A DNA stretch of 64,000 nt from Gemmatimonadales bacterium. GTDB taxonomy: Bacteria > Gemmatimonadota > Gemmatimonadetes > Gemmatimonadales > GWC2-71-9. Below are positions 29,301-37,445 of this stretch, one piece after another. Under the pieces are notes generated by a model. It was not told the origin of the DNA. It worked only from the letters and a program-made list of their open reading frames with translations, and made no database searches. The stretch's first letter is position 1. The number at the start of each line of letters is the position of its first letter. The stretch is taken from positions 1,056,001 through 1,120,000 of the forward strand of contig OZ252244.1 of the NCBI GenBank assembly GCA_965249575.1, in the 5' to 3' direction. The position numbers and the translations under genes are program-made.

Positions 29301-31820
29301 GACGGGGCCGGCAACGGCAACCAGGCGGCGGAGGCCTTCGAATTGGAGACGAAGCTGGCGGTGAGCTACCAGGAGGAGAGCTACACGGCGAGGGAAGGTG
29401 GAGAGACGGTGACGGTGACGGTGAAGCTGAGCCAGGGCTGGGACGAGGAGCTGGTGATCCCGATCCGGGTGAGGCGGCCGGAGACGACGGAAGTCGCCGA
29501 CTATACCCTAGATGGTTTGGAGGAGTGGGATGCCCAGGAGGGCACCGGCCTGCTGACCTTTCCAGCCGAGGAAACGGGACAGACGTTCACGATAGAGGCC
29601 AACCATGACGGGGACGGGGACGACGAGACGGTGGAGCTGGGATTTGGGGACTTGCCGACGGCGGTGATGGCGGGGGACCCAGCCGTGGCGACGGTGACGC
29701 TGGAGGACAAAGGACTGGTGGAGCTGAAGGTGAGCTTTGGGCAGGCGGAGTACGAGATTAGGGAAGGCCAGCAGGCCGACATCGAGGTGAAGGTGGCGCC
29801 GACGGCGGATCGGCGGGTGGAAGTACCGCTGGTGGTGGCGCCTAAAGGAGGGGCCACTGACGAGGACTACAGTGGGGTACCGGTGTCGTTGGTGATCGAG
29901 GAAGGCGAGAGTGAGGGGACGTTTTCCGTGGAGGTGCTGGCGGATGAAGTGAACGATCCTGGGGAGGGGATTGTGCTGAGCTTTGGAGAGTTGCCGGAGG
30001 CGGTCAGTGAAGGAGAAATCCCGCAGACAACAGTGAACTTCAGGCAGCGGCGCACGGCGGAGCAGTTCTCGCAAACGCTGGAGGTGGCGCTGGCGGTCTT
30101 AGCACGGTCGACGGCCGCGAGCGCACAGTCAGCCATTGAGGGTCGCTTTGAGCGGCATCGGCAGTGGAGTCGGCTGGGGGCAGCCGGAGGAGCGGTGTCG
30201 ACAGCGCAGCCGGGAAGCGACAATAGCGCCACGGGTCTGGGTGAGGGAGAATCGCAGCGGATAGACAGCGAGAGCCTCGAGGGCGCCGGCAGGCGAAGAG
30301 CTGAAGGGCCGGTAGTGCCGAGCGCTGGGGGCGCGGCCGGGGCCCGAGCAGTGATGGGATCGAGTGGGGAGTCGGGAGACCGGGAAAGTGGCGTGCAGGG
30401 AGCGTGGCTGCAGAACGTCTCGCTGGGTGGATTAGCGGGCCTGTTCGGCTACGGCCAGGGCGATGCGGGCGTCTCGACCGGCTCCGGCATGGGGCCGAGT
30501 GGGACCGGCCCGACTGTCGGGTTGGGAGGGCAGCCAGGTTACGGTCAGAATCGATTCCAGGGTGCGGGGACCAGGGACTCGTCGCTGAGATCGGGATCGG
30601 GCGAGTACTCGGGGAGGAGGAATCGAGAGCTCAACCTTGCGGGAGTGTCCTTCGAGATGCCCTTGGCAGGACAGCAGAAGGGGACGAGCAGGAGCTGGGT
30701 ACCGGCGTTGTGGGGGCAAGGGGACCTGCAGCACTTCAACGGGAACCTGGCGCGGTACGAGATGAGCTATCGAGGAGGTCTCGAGGCCGCCCATGTGGGG
30801 CTGGACCTCTATGCCAACGACAAGGTGCTGACCGGGCTGTCGTTCATGCGCAGCTGGGGGAACATGGATTACAGCGACGATGGGTCCGATGGGGTGTTGA
30901 GGAGTCGCATGAACACGTTTCATCCCTATCTGTACTGGCAGCCGACGAAACGGGTGAGCGTGTGGGGCATGGGAGGCTTGGGACGAGGGCGAGTGGACGT
31001 CAACGAGCCGGGGAGGAGTCACGACTTCGAGGCCGACTTTCGGATGTTCGCCGGGGGATTGAGGACGGTGCTGACGCGGCGAGGCAGCAATGAGTTGGGG
31101 CTGCGGGCGGACGCCTTCTCGGCGCAACTGAGGACCGAAGCCTCCGAAGACATCGCGAAGGTGCGAGGTGAGGCCCACCGGGCGCGGTTGATGCTGGAGT
31201 GGGTGTACACCAAGCAGCTGTCAGTGGGGCGATCCCTGAGCCTGAAGGCGGAGGCCGGCGGGCGTTTCGACGGGGGCGATGCGGAACGGGGCAGCGGCGC
31301 GGAAACAGGATTCCGTCTGGGGTATCTGGATGCGAACAGTGGACTGGACGTGGCCATGTATGGCCGGGTGCTGGTGGTGCACGCAAGCGACTACCGGGAC
31401 TGGGGATTGGGGGTACAGGCGAGCTGGGACCCGGGCGAGAAGCAGCGCGGGCTCCGGGTGGCGGTGACCTCCGCGCGGGGCCAGGATGGAGGCGGCCGAA
31501 CGACGCTATGGAACAACGCTAATATGGTCACGCGCCCGCCGGGGATGGGAGCAATGGGATTGGGTTCCCAGAGCCGGATGGAAAGCGAGGTGGCCTACGG
31601 CGGCCTGAAGGCGCTGGGCTTACCGGGTCTGCTGACGCCCTATAGCCGGCTGCGATGGGCCGGACAGGGCCGGGAGCTGGCCTGGGGGACCGCTTGGAGC
31701 CTGCCTCCACGCTCGCAGCTGGCGCTGCCATTGATGTTGGAATTGGAAGCCTTGAGGCGGGAGAACAGAACGGGTCCGGCTGATCTAGCGGTGCTGGTGC
31801 GAATGTCGATCCCCTTCTGA
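26364..31820 (+). CDS. Large Ig-like/Calx-beta repeat surface protein with C-terminal autotransporter-like beta-barrel
   Basis: 1818 aa; hydrophobic signal ending PTAAFA-Q; repeated Thr/Val-rich beta domains (LPLGLGLNGNTGIISGSP, VPEGGSASYTVRL, FEVTITFSEPVEGF); C-terminal strands LWGQG..HPYLYWQ..VWGMGGLGRG..DWGLG, ending in F. Confidence 0.8.
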   Translation: MAMRTVSRPKIIGAISPPPYAQSSPPKPDVEGAQSPPAAHRDDSLATNPSGGLITEDHPPKRRRGGWGRAGVFAVAACLAWLAWPTAAFAQGIGVYSIASNDVVDASEKWAGFTITGGTGTESGVTVTVNVNGTQVGTATSDASGNWVVNVEGDDTGNASFVTTAVSGQYAAATRGTPGSLDFLSHQRSFTPNLKLPLVVNAVTGDDIVNNGTFDIKGNTGTIGLVPVRLNLGGLILITTSEQGDGTWVRIVRESDTDYSHELSVSLSVTATKTGYTDSDAVSRTLTVDMEAPTVSYTAPSSLKVGVEIDPLSPTTSDTDIASYVASSLLTGLRIDQSTGDISGTPTTVNSSKQTSKVTVTDDGGNTAEENIEFPEVVAGTLTVALDAIAGDDYLNASEFSGGGFDITGNTGTTSGASVTVTITGVDPGGNATPQGTLTATSNASGDWVATVPGSAAYIVANAVLTVSVTATKTNFTSVTVTRTLPVDLTPPSVSYTAPSNLTVGVLITPIAPTTSDTDIVSYATSGDSLPLGLGLNGNTGIISGSPRTANPNTQTVGVLVTDDAGNVDRPQITFPAVELASGVMVSETELTVPEGGSASYTVRLDTQPTDDVTITVERVTGDEDLTASPDTLTFTNSNWSVQQTVTVSAAEDDDGAAGTAQFGHKVISPGTVYHGVSTPGLRATEADNDSIGVKVSPTTLSVPEGGSATYTVRLGTKPQFDVTVAATPDQGGDDDLTVAPDTLIFTEATWNTPQTVTVSAAEDDDQVDGVAIFSHSVSSNDENYTNDEITIDPVTATEADDDRDVIKPTAEVQTEASAPVDGAFEVTITFSEPVEGFELEDIRVTNGTASNFIEISPQEYTATITPEGIGEVRVEVPEEVARDGAGNGNRAAEPLVIEAELERPEVTIAGPTEPVGMAGFEVTITFSEPVEGFELEDIRVTNGTASNFIEISPQEYTATITPEGIGEVRVEVPEEVAEDGAGNGNQAAEAFELETKLAVSYQEESYTAREGGETVTVTVKLSQGWDEELVIPIRVRRPETTEVADYTLDGLEEWDAQEGTGLLTFPAEETGQTFTIEANHDGDGDDETVELGFGDLPTAVMAGDPAVATVTLEDKGLVELKVSFGQAEYEIREGQQADIEVKVAPTADRRVEVPLVVAPKGGATDEDYSGVPVSLVIEEGESEGTFSVEVLADEVNDPGEGIVLSFGELPEAVSEGEIPQTTVNFRQRRTAEQFSQTLEVALAVLARSTAASAQSAIEGRFERHRQWSRLGAAGGAVSTAQPGSDNSATGLGEGESQRIDSESLEGAGRRRAEGPVVPSAGGAAGARAVMGSSGESGDRESGVQGAWLQNVSLGGLAGLFGYGQGDAGVSTGSGMGPSGTGPTVGLGGQPGYGQNRFQGAGTRDSSLRSGSGEYSGRRNRELNLAGVSFEMPLAGQQKGTSRSWVPALWGQGDLQHFNGNLARYEMSYRGGLEAAHVGLDLYANDKVLTGLSFMRSWGNMDYSDDGSDGVLRSRMNTFHPYLYWQPTKRVSVWGMGGLGRGRVDVNEPGRSHDFEADFRMFAGGLRTVLTRRGSNELGLRADAFSAQLRTEASEDIAKVRGEAHRARLMLEWVYTKQLSVGRSLSLKAEAGGRFDGGDAERGSGAETGFRLGYLDANSGLDVAMYGRVLVVHASDYRDWGLGVQASWDPGEKQRGLRVAVTSARGQDGGGRTTLWNNANMVTRPPGMGAMGLGSQSRMESEVAYGGLKALGLPGLLTPYSRLRWAGQGRELAWGTAWSLPPRSQLALPLMLELEALRRENRTGPADLAVLVRMSIPF
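28866..29297 (+). repeat. Near-identical intragenic tandem duplication (288-bp period)
   Basis: 28866-29009 and 29154-29297 differ at one position in 144 bp. Confidence 0.9.
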
Positions 31821-32216
31821 GGAACTGACCCCGAGCAGTGGGTCAACCCCCTGCCCGTCCCTACAAGCGGCCCGCCGTCAGCACCAGGGTGAACGACGAC
31901 CCGGATATCCTGGCTCCGACGTTGGAGAATGGACCATTCTGACCGGAAGGACGGAATGGAGTGGACCCCTGAGGCGAGGCCAAGAAATTAGGGACGTGTT
32001 GCGGTTGACTGAAAAAGCATAGCGTATCCAGCCGAATGGGAGCATGATCAAGTCAGCCGGGGAAGCGGAGGCGGGCTCTGCGGGAGCGCAACCCGCCAAG
32101 GAATACTGGCTGCAGACTCATCGAAACGATGAGCGCGGGGTGCGCGCCCACTTAGGCCGCATCCCGCCTTGTGTTTCGCCATCGGATCGATAGATCTGCT
32201 CATGCCTTGAGAAAAC

Positions 32217-33038
32217 TCAGGCGGCGTCAGCCGCCTCTTCCAACAGCCGCTCATACTCTTCCGGCGGCCGATAGCCCAGCGAGGAATGCAATCGCGTGTG
32301 ATTGTATTCCCGCTCAATATAGGCGCCGATCTCGGCCTGCGCCTCGGTCAAACTTTCATACTCGTTGCATTCGACTTCCTCCGTTTTCAAAGTCTTGAAA
32401 AAGCTTTCCACGTAAGCGTTGTCCTGCGGCCGGCCCTTGCGGCTCATCGACATCCTCGCGCCGTCTTGCCGCAGTGTTGCTACATAAGCCTCCGAAGCGT
32501 ACTGCGAACCTTGGTCGGAATGATGAATCCAACCCGGCGCCGGACGCCGGCTGCTCAACGCTTGTCTCAGCGCCACCATCGGCAACTCGGTTTTCATATT
32601 CGGACCCACGGCCCAACCCACGACGCGCCGCGAAAACACGTCTAACACCACAGCCACATAGACGAAGCGGTTTCTCAATCGCACATAACTGATATCGGAG
32701 CCCCACAGCTTGTTCGGACCCGTTGGCCGGAACTCGCGCGCCAGGTTCGGATAACGCCGCAGCTCGTGCTTGGAATCGGTCGTTTGCGGAGCCGTCCGGC
32801 GACTCTGGCGCAATAGGTTCTCTTCGCGCATCACCCGCTGCACGCGCTTGCGGTTGAGCGTCAGCTCTTGACGGCGCACTTGATGGGTCGTCCGCCGCGT
32901 GCCGTAGGCCGGATGGTCCAAGGCGGCGTTGACGATCGCCTGACGAAGTCGCCGGGCGCGCTCGCTGTCGGGTTTCGGCTTGCGGTAGAGGCTGGCGCGA
33001 GCCAGCCCGCTCAACGGGCACAAATCGCGTGTGCTCAT
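32217..33038 (-). CDS. IS3 transposase OrfB (DDE integrase core)
   Basis: YGTRR, NRKRVQRVMRE, WGSDISY, DVFSRRVVGW, HHSDQGSQY, DNAYVESFFKTLKTE, YNHTRLHSSLGY. Confidence 0.95.
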   Translation of the reverse strand: MSTRDLCPLSGLARASLYRKPKPDSERARRLRQAIVNAALDHPAYGTRRTTHQVRRQELTLNRKRVQRVMREENLLRQSRRTAPQTTDSKHELRRYPNLAREFRPTGPNKLWGSDISYVRLRNRFVYVAVVLDVFSRRVVGWAVGPNMKTELPMVALRQALSSRRPAPGWIHHSDQGSQYASEAYVATLRQDGARMSMSRKGRPQDNAYVESFFKTLKTEEVECNEYESLTEAQAEIGAYIEREYNHTRLHSSLGYRPPEEYERLLEEAADAA

Positions 33039-33430
33039 TTTGCCTCCTTTGCCTTGCCGCCTTGCGGCCCGTACTTCGTCAGCGACACGCCGGTTCCACT
33101 GACGATGCTCGGCCGGCGCAGATCCTCGACACGCCGCAAGGCTGCGGACAAAAAATCAATCTCCATGACCTGGCGACCGACTTTGCGTTCCAGCTCGGCG
33201 ACGCGGGCCTCGGCTTCGCGTCCGGGCTCGACGCGGGCGCTGCCGTCGGGGCGGCGTCCTGGGCCGGGAAAGGCTCCCTCGACGCCGTAGCGCTCGACTT
33301 GCGCCAGCCAGTCGTAGAGCTTTTCGCGTTTAACCTCGAGCTCGCGCGCTAAGGCCGAACCCGACTCGCCGGCTTCGAGCCGCCTGACGGCCGCCAGCTT
33401 GAACTCCTTTGTGAATCGTCTTCGAGACAA
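33035..33430 (-). CDS. IS3 transposase OrfA (HTH_Tnp_1)
   Basis: RRRFTKEFKLAAVR..LARELEV..LYDW, coiled coil ELERKVGRQVMEIDFL; ATGA overlap with orfB. Confidence 0.9.
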   Translation of the reverse strand: MSRRRFTKEFKLAAVRRLEAGESGSALARELEVKREKLYDWLAQVERYGVEGAFPGPGRRPDGSARVEPGREAEARVAELERKVGRQVMEIDFLSAALRRVEDLRRPSIVSGTGVSLTKYGPQGGKAKEAK

Positions 33431-33763
33431 TCGAACCTCCTTACCGTTCCCTGGTCCATTGTCCCTTCTTTCCTGGTCTCACTTTTGGGGTCCATTCCAG
33501 AAATGTGCTTGACAACGCTTCCGCCTCGAATTTGCTGGATCGGAAAAAGGGAATTCGGTGACAATTGGGCTTCCGCTTTTTCGGCACGACCTGAATTCCG
33601 TAACTCCTTCAAATCTAATGGTTTATTCTCCTGAGCCGACCGGTGAGTGGTTATGAAGAGGGTTGCGCAAGGGGAGTAACGGGGGCGCCGACGGCGCCCC
33701 CGTACTGGCGAGGAGGGCCTACTTTGCAACGCGTGCGCGACCTCCGACCGCACTCTTTCGTTG

Positions 33764-33782
33764 TCGAGTCCCTCCTCGGGAG
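33764..33782 (+). repeat. attR direct repeat (copy of tRNA-Asn 3' end)
   Basis: TCGAGTCCCTCCTCGGGAG, identical to 22602-22620. Confidence 0.9.
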
Positions 33783-33857
33783 TACCGCACGCTTGCGCGG
33801 CTGCTGGCCGTGCCCTTTCGTTGTCCAGCCCTTCCTCACATCGTTCGAGACCCTTGC

Positions 33858-34805
33858 ATGGTGACGCTCGAAGACATCCGCACTGCCCGCGAACGCATTG
33901 CCGGAGGCGTCCACCGCACGCCGCTGGCCAGCGCTACGTCGTTGGGCGATCTCGTGGGAACGCGAGTCTACCTGAAGGCGGAATGCCTGCAGAAGACCGG
34001 CTCCTTCAAAGTGCGGGGAGTCCTCAACGCACTCGGATCAATGGATCCCGACGAGCGTGGCCGAGGACTGGTCTCCATCTCGGCGGGCAACCACGCGGCG
34101 GCCCTGGCGTGGGGGGCCGCATGCACGGGCACCCACGCTACCATCGTGATGCCGGAGCGTGCCAGCCCAGCGAAGATCGAAGTCACAAAAGCCTATGGGG
34201 GTGACGTAGATCTGACCGATGGTCCGCTCTTGGAGCGGTGTCACGAGCTCCAAGCCTCTCGCGGGCTCACGCTGGTCCATCCCTTCGACGACCCCTTGGT
34301 GGTTGCCGGCCAGGGGACGCTCGGGCTTGAGGTTCTCGAGGACCTGCCGGAGGTCGAGACCGTCATCGTCCCAATCGGTGGTGGAGGCCTAATCGCCGGC
34401 GTCGCGACCGCGATCAAGGAGGAGCGGCCGGACGTGAGGATCGTGGGTGTGGAGCCGGTGGGTGCCGACGTGGTCTCGCGGAGCCTGGCGGCGGGCCGGC
34501 CGGTGACGATGGACGACATGCACACCATTGCGGACGGACTCGCTGCCCCGTTCTGCGGTACGATCCCATTCAAACAGATTGGACATTACGTCGACGACGT
34601 CGTCCGGGTCGACGACGAAGCAATCGCGCGGGCTGTGTGTCTGATTCTCGAACGAGCCAAGCTCGTCACCGAACCGGCTGGAGCCGCCGCTCTTGCCGCT
34701 CTGCTGGCCGGCGCCGTCGAACCTCGAGGCACGGTGGTCTGCATGCTGAGCGGGGGAAATGTCGATGCATCGGTGTTGCGGACCATCTTAGCGGATTCGC
34801 GATAA
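33858..34805 (+). CDS. Threonine/serine dehydratase (PLP fold II, no regulatory domain)
   Basis: ATG 33858; LKAECLQKTGSFKVRG, SAGNHA, HPFDD..AGQGT, PIGGGGLIAG, TIADGL, EPAGAA, SGGNVD. Confidence 0.92.
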   Translation: MVTLEDIRTARERIAGGVHRTPLASATSLGDLVGTRVYLKAECLQKTGSFKVRGVLNALGSMDPDERGRGLVSISAGNHAAALAWGAACTGTHATIVMPERASPAKIEVTKAYGGDVDLTDGPLLERCHELQASRGLTLVHPFDDPLVVAGQGTLGLEVLEDLPEVETVIVPIGGGGLIAGVATAIKEERPDVRIVGVEPVGADVVSRSLAAGRPVTMDDMHTIADGLAAPFCGTIPFKQIGHYVDDVVRVDDEAIARAVCLILERAKLVTEPAGAAALAALLAGAVEPRGTVVCMLSGGNVDASVLRTILADSR

Positions 34806-35636
34806 TGCGCTCGGGCTGCCGTTGACCACCACATGCTCCGCGGCGCCGTCTCCCGCAACGAAGATGATGTTGCCACCCCGAGCGTAAGCCAATGCACGCG
34901 CGGTCGTGTACGGCCCTCGGCGGGTGTCTCCATGGACAATGAACCAGGCATCGCCGTCCAGAGCGAGATACGCCGTGGCCAACCCTGACGGCGCGAACCG
35001 GAACTCGGAGATCGCGTCGTGCTCGGCGCCGGGGTTCCCGTCGACGATCAGCCGCGCCGTAGCACCGTCACGTGCCACATAACCGACATGCCACCCGTCC
35101 GGGCTGAACGTGACATCGCCCATGCCGTCGTGGCCGGGGCCTATTGAACCGTCGATCACGACGGCCACCCGTCCGTCCCGCTCTGCCGCGAACGCCACGT
35201 GCCGGCCCGATGGGTCGAACGTGAGGGACCGGGAGAAGACGGCGTCGAACGGCTCGCCATACGCGCCGTCAACCACGACGTGCCACGCGCTGTCCCGAAG
35301 CGCTACGTACGCCAGCCGCGCACCGTCCGGGCTGAGAGCGATCCCACCGATCCCCTGAGCAGCAGGTCCGGGCCGACCGTCGTGCACCACGAACCACTCA
35401 TCGCTCTCCCGAACGGGGAAGGCCACGCTTCGACTGTCCTTGGAAAACGTGATATGAGGCAGCGTCACGGCGTCGTAGCAGGTTCGCGGCTCCATGCCGA
35501 AGCGCACGCAGGAGCGGCCGTCGACCGAAAAGACCTCGAAGTCGGTGTGGTGGTCGGGACTCACCCCCCGCCAGACCCTCGGGGGGCCGCATGCGGCACA
35601 CGCCAGCGCCAGCAGCGCCACGGCCGGGCGAGGCAC
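34788..35636 (-). CDS. Putative lipoprotein with WD40/PD40-like beta-propeller repeats (possibly 3'-truncated)
   Basis: GTG start, lipobox LACAAC, repeated FSPDG..LAYVA...W.VVVDG..G units; the repeat breaks off where it meets the dehydratase 3' end. Confidence 0.6.
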   Translation of the reverse strand: MPRPAVALLALACAACGPPRVWRGVSPDHHTDFEVFSVDGRSCVRFGMEPRTCYDAVTLPHITFSKDSRSVAFPVRESDEWFVVHDGRPGPAAQGIGGIALSPDGARLAYVALRDSAWHVVVDGAYGEPFDAVFSRSLTFDPSGRHVAFAAERDGRVAVVIDGSIGPGHDGMGDVTFSPDGWHVGYVARDGATARLIVDGNPGAEHDAISEFRFAPSGLATAYLALDGDAWFIVHGDTRRGPYTTARALAYARGGNIIFVAGDGAAEHVVVNGSPSALSRIR

Positions 35637-35644
35637 GGAACGGG

Positions 35645-36167
35645 CTATACCTTTGGGAGGGGGTTTCGCGTCCACGCGCCGGTGAGAGTGCCCTCGACCA
35701 CAGTGGTGCCGCTCACGGTCGCCTCCGCCTCGAAGCGGATGAAGTCGCCGTAGTCGCCCATCCACTGCACGTGATAGTCCAGGCGGCATCCTGGGAACAC
35801 CGGCTGCATGAACTTCAAGTCGACGGCGGTATCCTCGGTCCAAGTTGCGCAGTGATTCGAGAACCCTTTCGGGATCATCGTCCGCTTCCGACGCGGCTCG
35901 CGTCAATACCGTGAGCACGGTGAGGATGGTGGCGCTCTGCTCGAGGCCTTCCAGACTTAACGCCCCCGGCCAAATCGGCATGTCTGGAAAATGCCCTTCA
36001 AAGAAAGGCTCGTTCATTGAGATGTGACGTCCGGATTCGATCGTGGGGATGCGGTCGGTGTGGAACGCGTGGACGAAGTCCACCATGAGCATCGGGCGGC
36101 GCTGCTTGAGGAGCAGCTCCACGACTTTCGAGCCAAGCTGGAGGTTCCCTGGTCGCTTGGGGCTCAC
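35645..36167 (-). pseudogene. FabZ-like 3-hydroxyacyl-ACP dehydratase (frameshift/deletion near 35830)
   Basis: QRRPMLMVD..NEPFFEGHFPDMPIWPGALSLEGLEQ in one frame; VDLKFMQPVFPGCRLDY..FEAEATV..VVEGTLTG in another. Confidence 0.75.
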
Positions 36168-37075
36168 GCCGCACTGCCCTTCGCCCATGCGTCCAGCGCC
36201 TGGGGGCCTTCGATGGGACCCACCCGCACAGCGTAGCCCAGCACGTCGCGCACCAGTCCCCTGAGGATCTTCGCGGGACCGATCGTGAGCACCTCCGCTA
36301 CGCCGTTGAGTACCAGCGCGTGCATGGACCGAACCCACTGGACCGGGTGGGTGAGCTGTTCCGCGAGCAGGGTCGGAATATCTTCGACCCGCTCGACGAC
36401 GTCACCCGTGCGGTTCGAAATCCATCGGGAACGGAGGGGCGCGAGTGCCAGGCTCCCGATGCGGTTTCTCAGCTCGTCGACCGCGCCGGCCAAGGCTGGG
36501 CTGTGCCAAGGACCCGGGACGTCAAGCGGGGCTGTGCGGATAAGCTCGCGGACCCTTGTGAGGCCCGCTCGATCACCCGAGACGGCGATTTGCGAGGGGC
36601 TGTTGTACGCCGCGACGGCGACGACGCCGCACGTGTCCGCATCCGCCACTGCCCGTGCGACCTCCGCTTCCTCAACATCGGTTACGACCATCCCGCCGGG
36701 ACATAGGGAGGCTTGCCGGGCCATCAGGCGCCCGCGTTCCGCGGCGAGCTCGATTGCGTCCTCGGGCGAGAACGCACCGCCGGCTGCGCACGCCGCCAGC
36801 TCCCCAAGCGAGTGGCCCGCGACAACCCCCGGCCGCACCCCGCGTTCCACCAGATCGAGATGGATCCCGAGGCACAGGCCGGTGAGCGCCGGTTGCAGCA
36901 GTTCGGTTCGCGCCAGCGCTCGGCCCCCCCGTGCGAACAGTTGCTCGTGATCGACCCCGGCCTCGCGCACCGCCACACCCATCAACCGCCGGACGTTCGC
37001 GGAGCGTGCACACCACTCGGCAACGCTCCGCTCGATGGCGACTCCTTGGCCGGGAAACAGGAAAGCCCGAGTCAC
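36164..37075 (-). CDS. fabD: ACP S-malonyltransferase (FabD-like)
   Basis: AFLFPGQG, LQPAL, AGHSLGE, RGRLM, AYNSPSQIAVSG, PWHSP, QLTHPVQW. Confidence 0.88.
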   Translation of the reverse strand: MTRAFLFPGQGVAIERSVAEWCARSANVRRLMGVAVREAGVDHEQLFARGGRALARTELLQPALTGLCLGIHLDLVERGVRPGVVAGHSLGELAACAAGGAFSPEDAIELAAERGRLMARQASLCPGGMVVTDVEEAEVARAVADADTCGVVAVAAYNSPSQIAVSGDRAGLTRVRELIRTAPLDVPGPWHSPALAGAVDELRNRIGSLALAPLRSRWISNRTGDVVERVEDIPTLLAEQLTHPVQWVRSMHALVLNGVAEVLTIGPAKILRGLVRDVLGYAVRVGPIEGPQALDAWAKGSAA

Positions 37076-37445
37076 AGCGACATTCCCCCGTCCACCACGA
37101 TGCACTGGCCCACGACGTAGCTCGCGGCCGGAGAGGCGAGGAAGAGCACCACGCTGGCAAGCTCCTCACCTTCGCCGAAGCGACCGATGGGGATCATCTT
37201 GCCCCTCGCCTCCGCGATCCGCCGGTCCAGCCGGGCGCCCATGCCGGTCTTGAACAATCCTGGCGCCACCGCGTTGACCCGCACGCCGTACGGCGCCATT
37301 TCCGCGGCCAGGGTGGCCGTGAGGCCAATCACGCCGGCCTTGGACGCCGAGTAGTTCGCCTGGCCCGGGCTGGCCCGGACGCCGGCGATCGACGAGACAT
37401 TGACGATCGCTCCGGATCGCCTTGCCATCATCGGGCGGACCGACC
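37072..37445 (-). pseudogene. fabG: 3-oxoacyl-ACP reductase (FabG-like), C-terminal half only
   Basis: GAIVNVSS..GQANYSASKAG..RVNAVAPG..IPIGRFG..YVVGQCIVVDGG; the N-terminal TGxxxGIG Rossmann part is absent. Confidence 0.8.

Larger units (their letters stand above)
31957..33499 (-). mobile_element. IS3-family insertion sequence, 1543 bp
   Basis: Imperfect terminal IRs TGGAGTGGACCCCTGAGGCGAGGCCAAGAAATTAGGGAC and TGGAATGGACCCCAAAAGTGAGACCAGGAAAGAAGGGAC (TG..CA ends); 3-bp target duplication GAA at 31954-31956 and 33500-33502; orfA + orfB. Confidence 0.92.
22602..33782. mobile_element. tRNA-Asn-integrated genomic island (~11.2 kb, degenerate)
   Basis: Identical 19-mer TCGAGTCCCTCCTCGGGAG at the tRNA 3' end (22602-22620) and at 33764-33782; encloses recombinase, DUF2924, LexA and HsdM remnants, adhesin and IS3. 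Confidence 0.9.

Noticed and set aside
28836..29330. Diversity-generating retroelement TR/VR pair or CRISPR-like repeat
   Set aside because: Both copies are in-frame protein domains, differences are not adenine-specific, and no reverse transcriptase, cas gene or spacer pattern is present.
22624..33763. Prophage or conjugative element
   Set aside because: No structural, terminase, relaxase or T4SS genes.
33764..33790. Second tRNA gene
   Set aside because: Only the 19-bp 3' fragment is present, with no D or anticodon arm and no CCA; interpreted as attR.
34788..36338. 516-aa minus-strand ORF as a single FabZ-propeller fusion protein
   Set aside because: The FabZ C-terminus is in another frame (35645-35830) and the propeller part has its own GTG start and lipobox, so the long ORF is a read-through produced by a frameshift or deletion.
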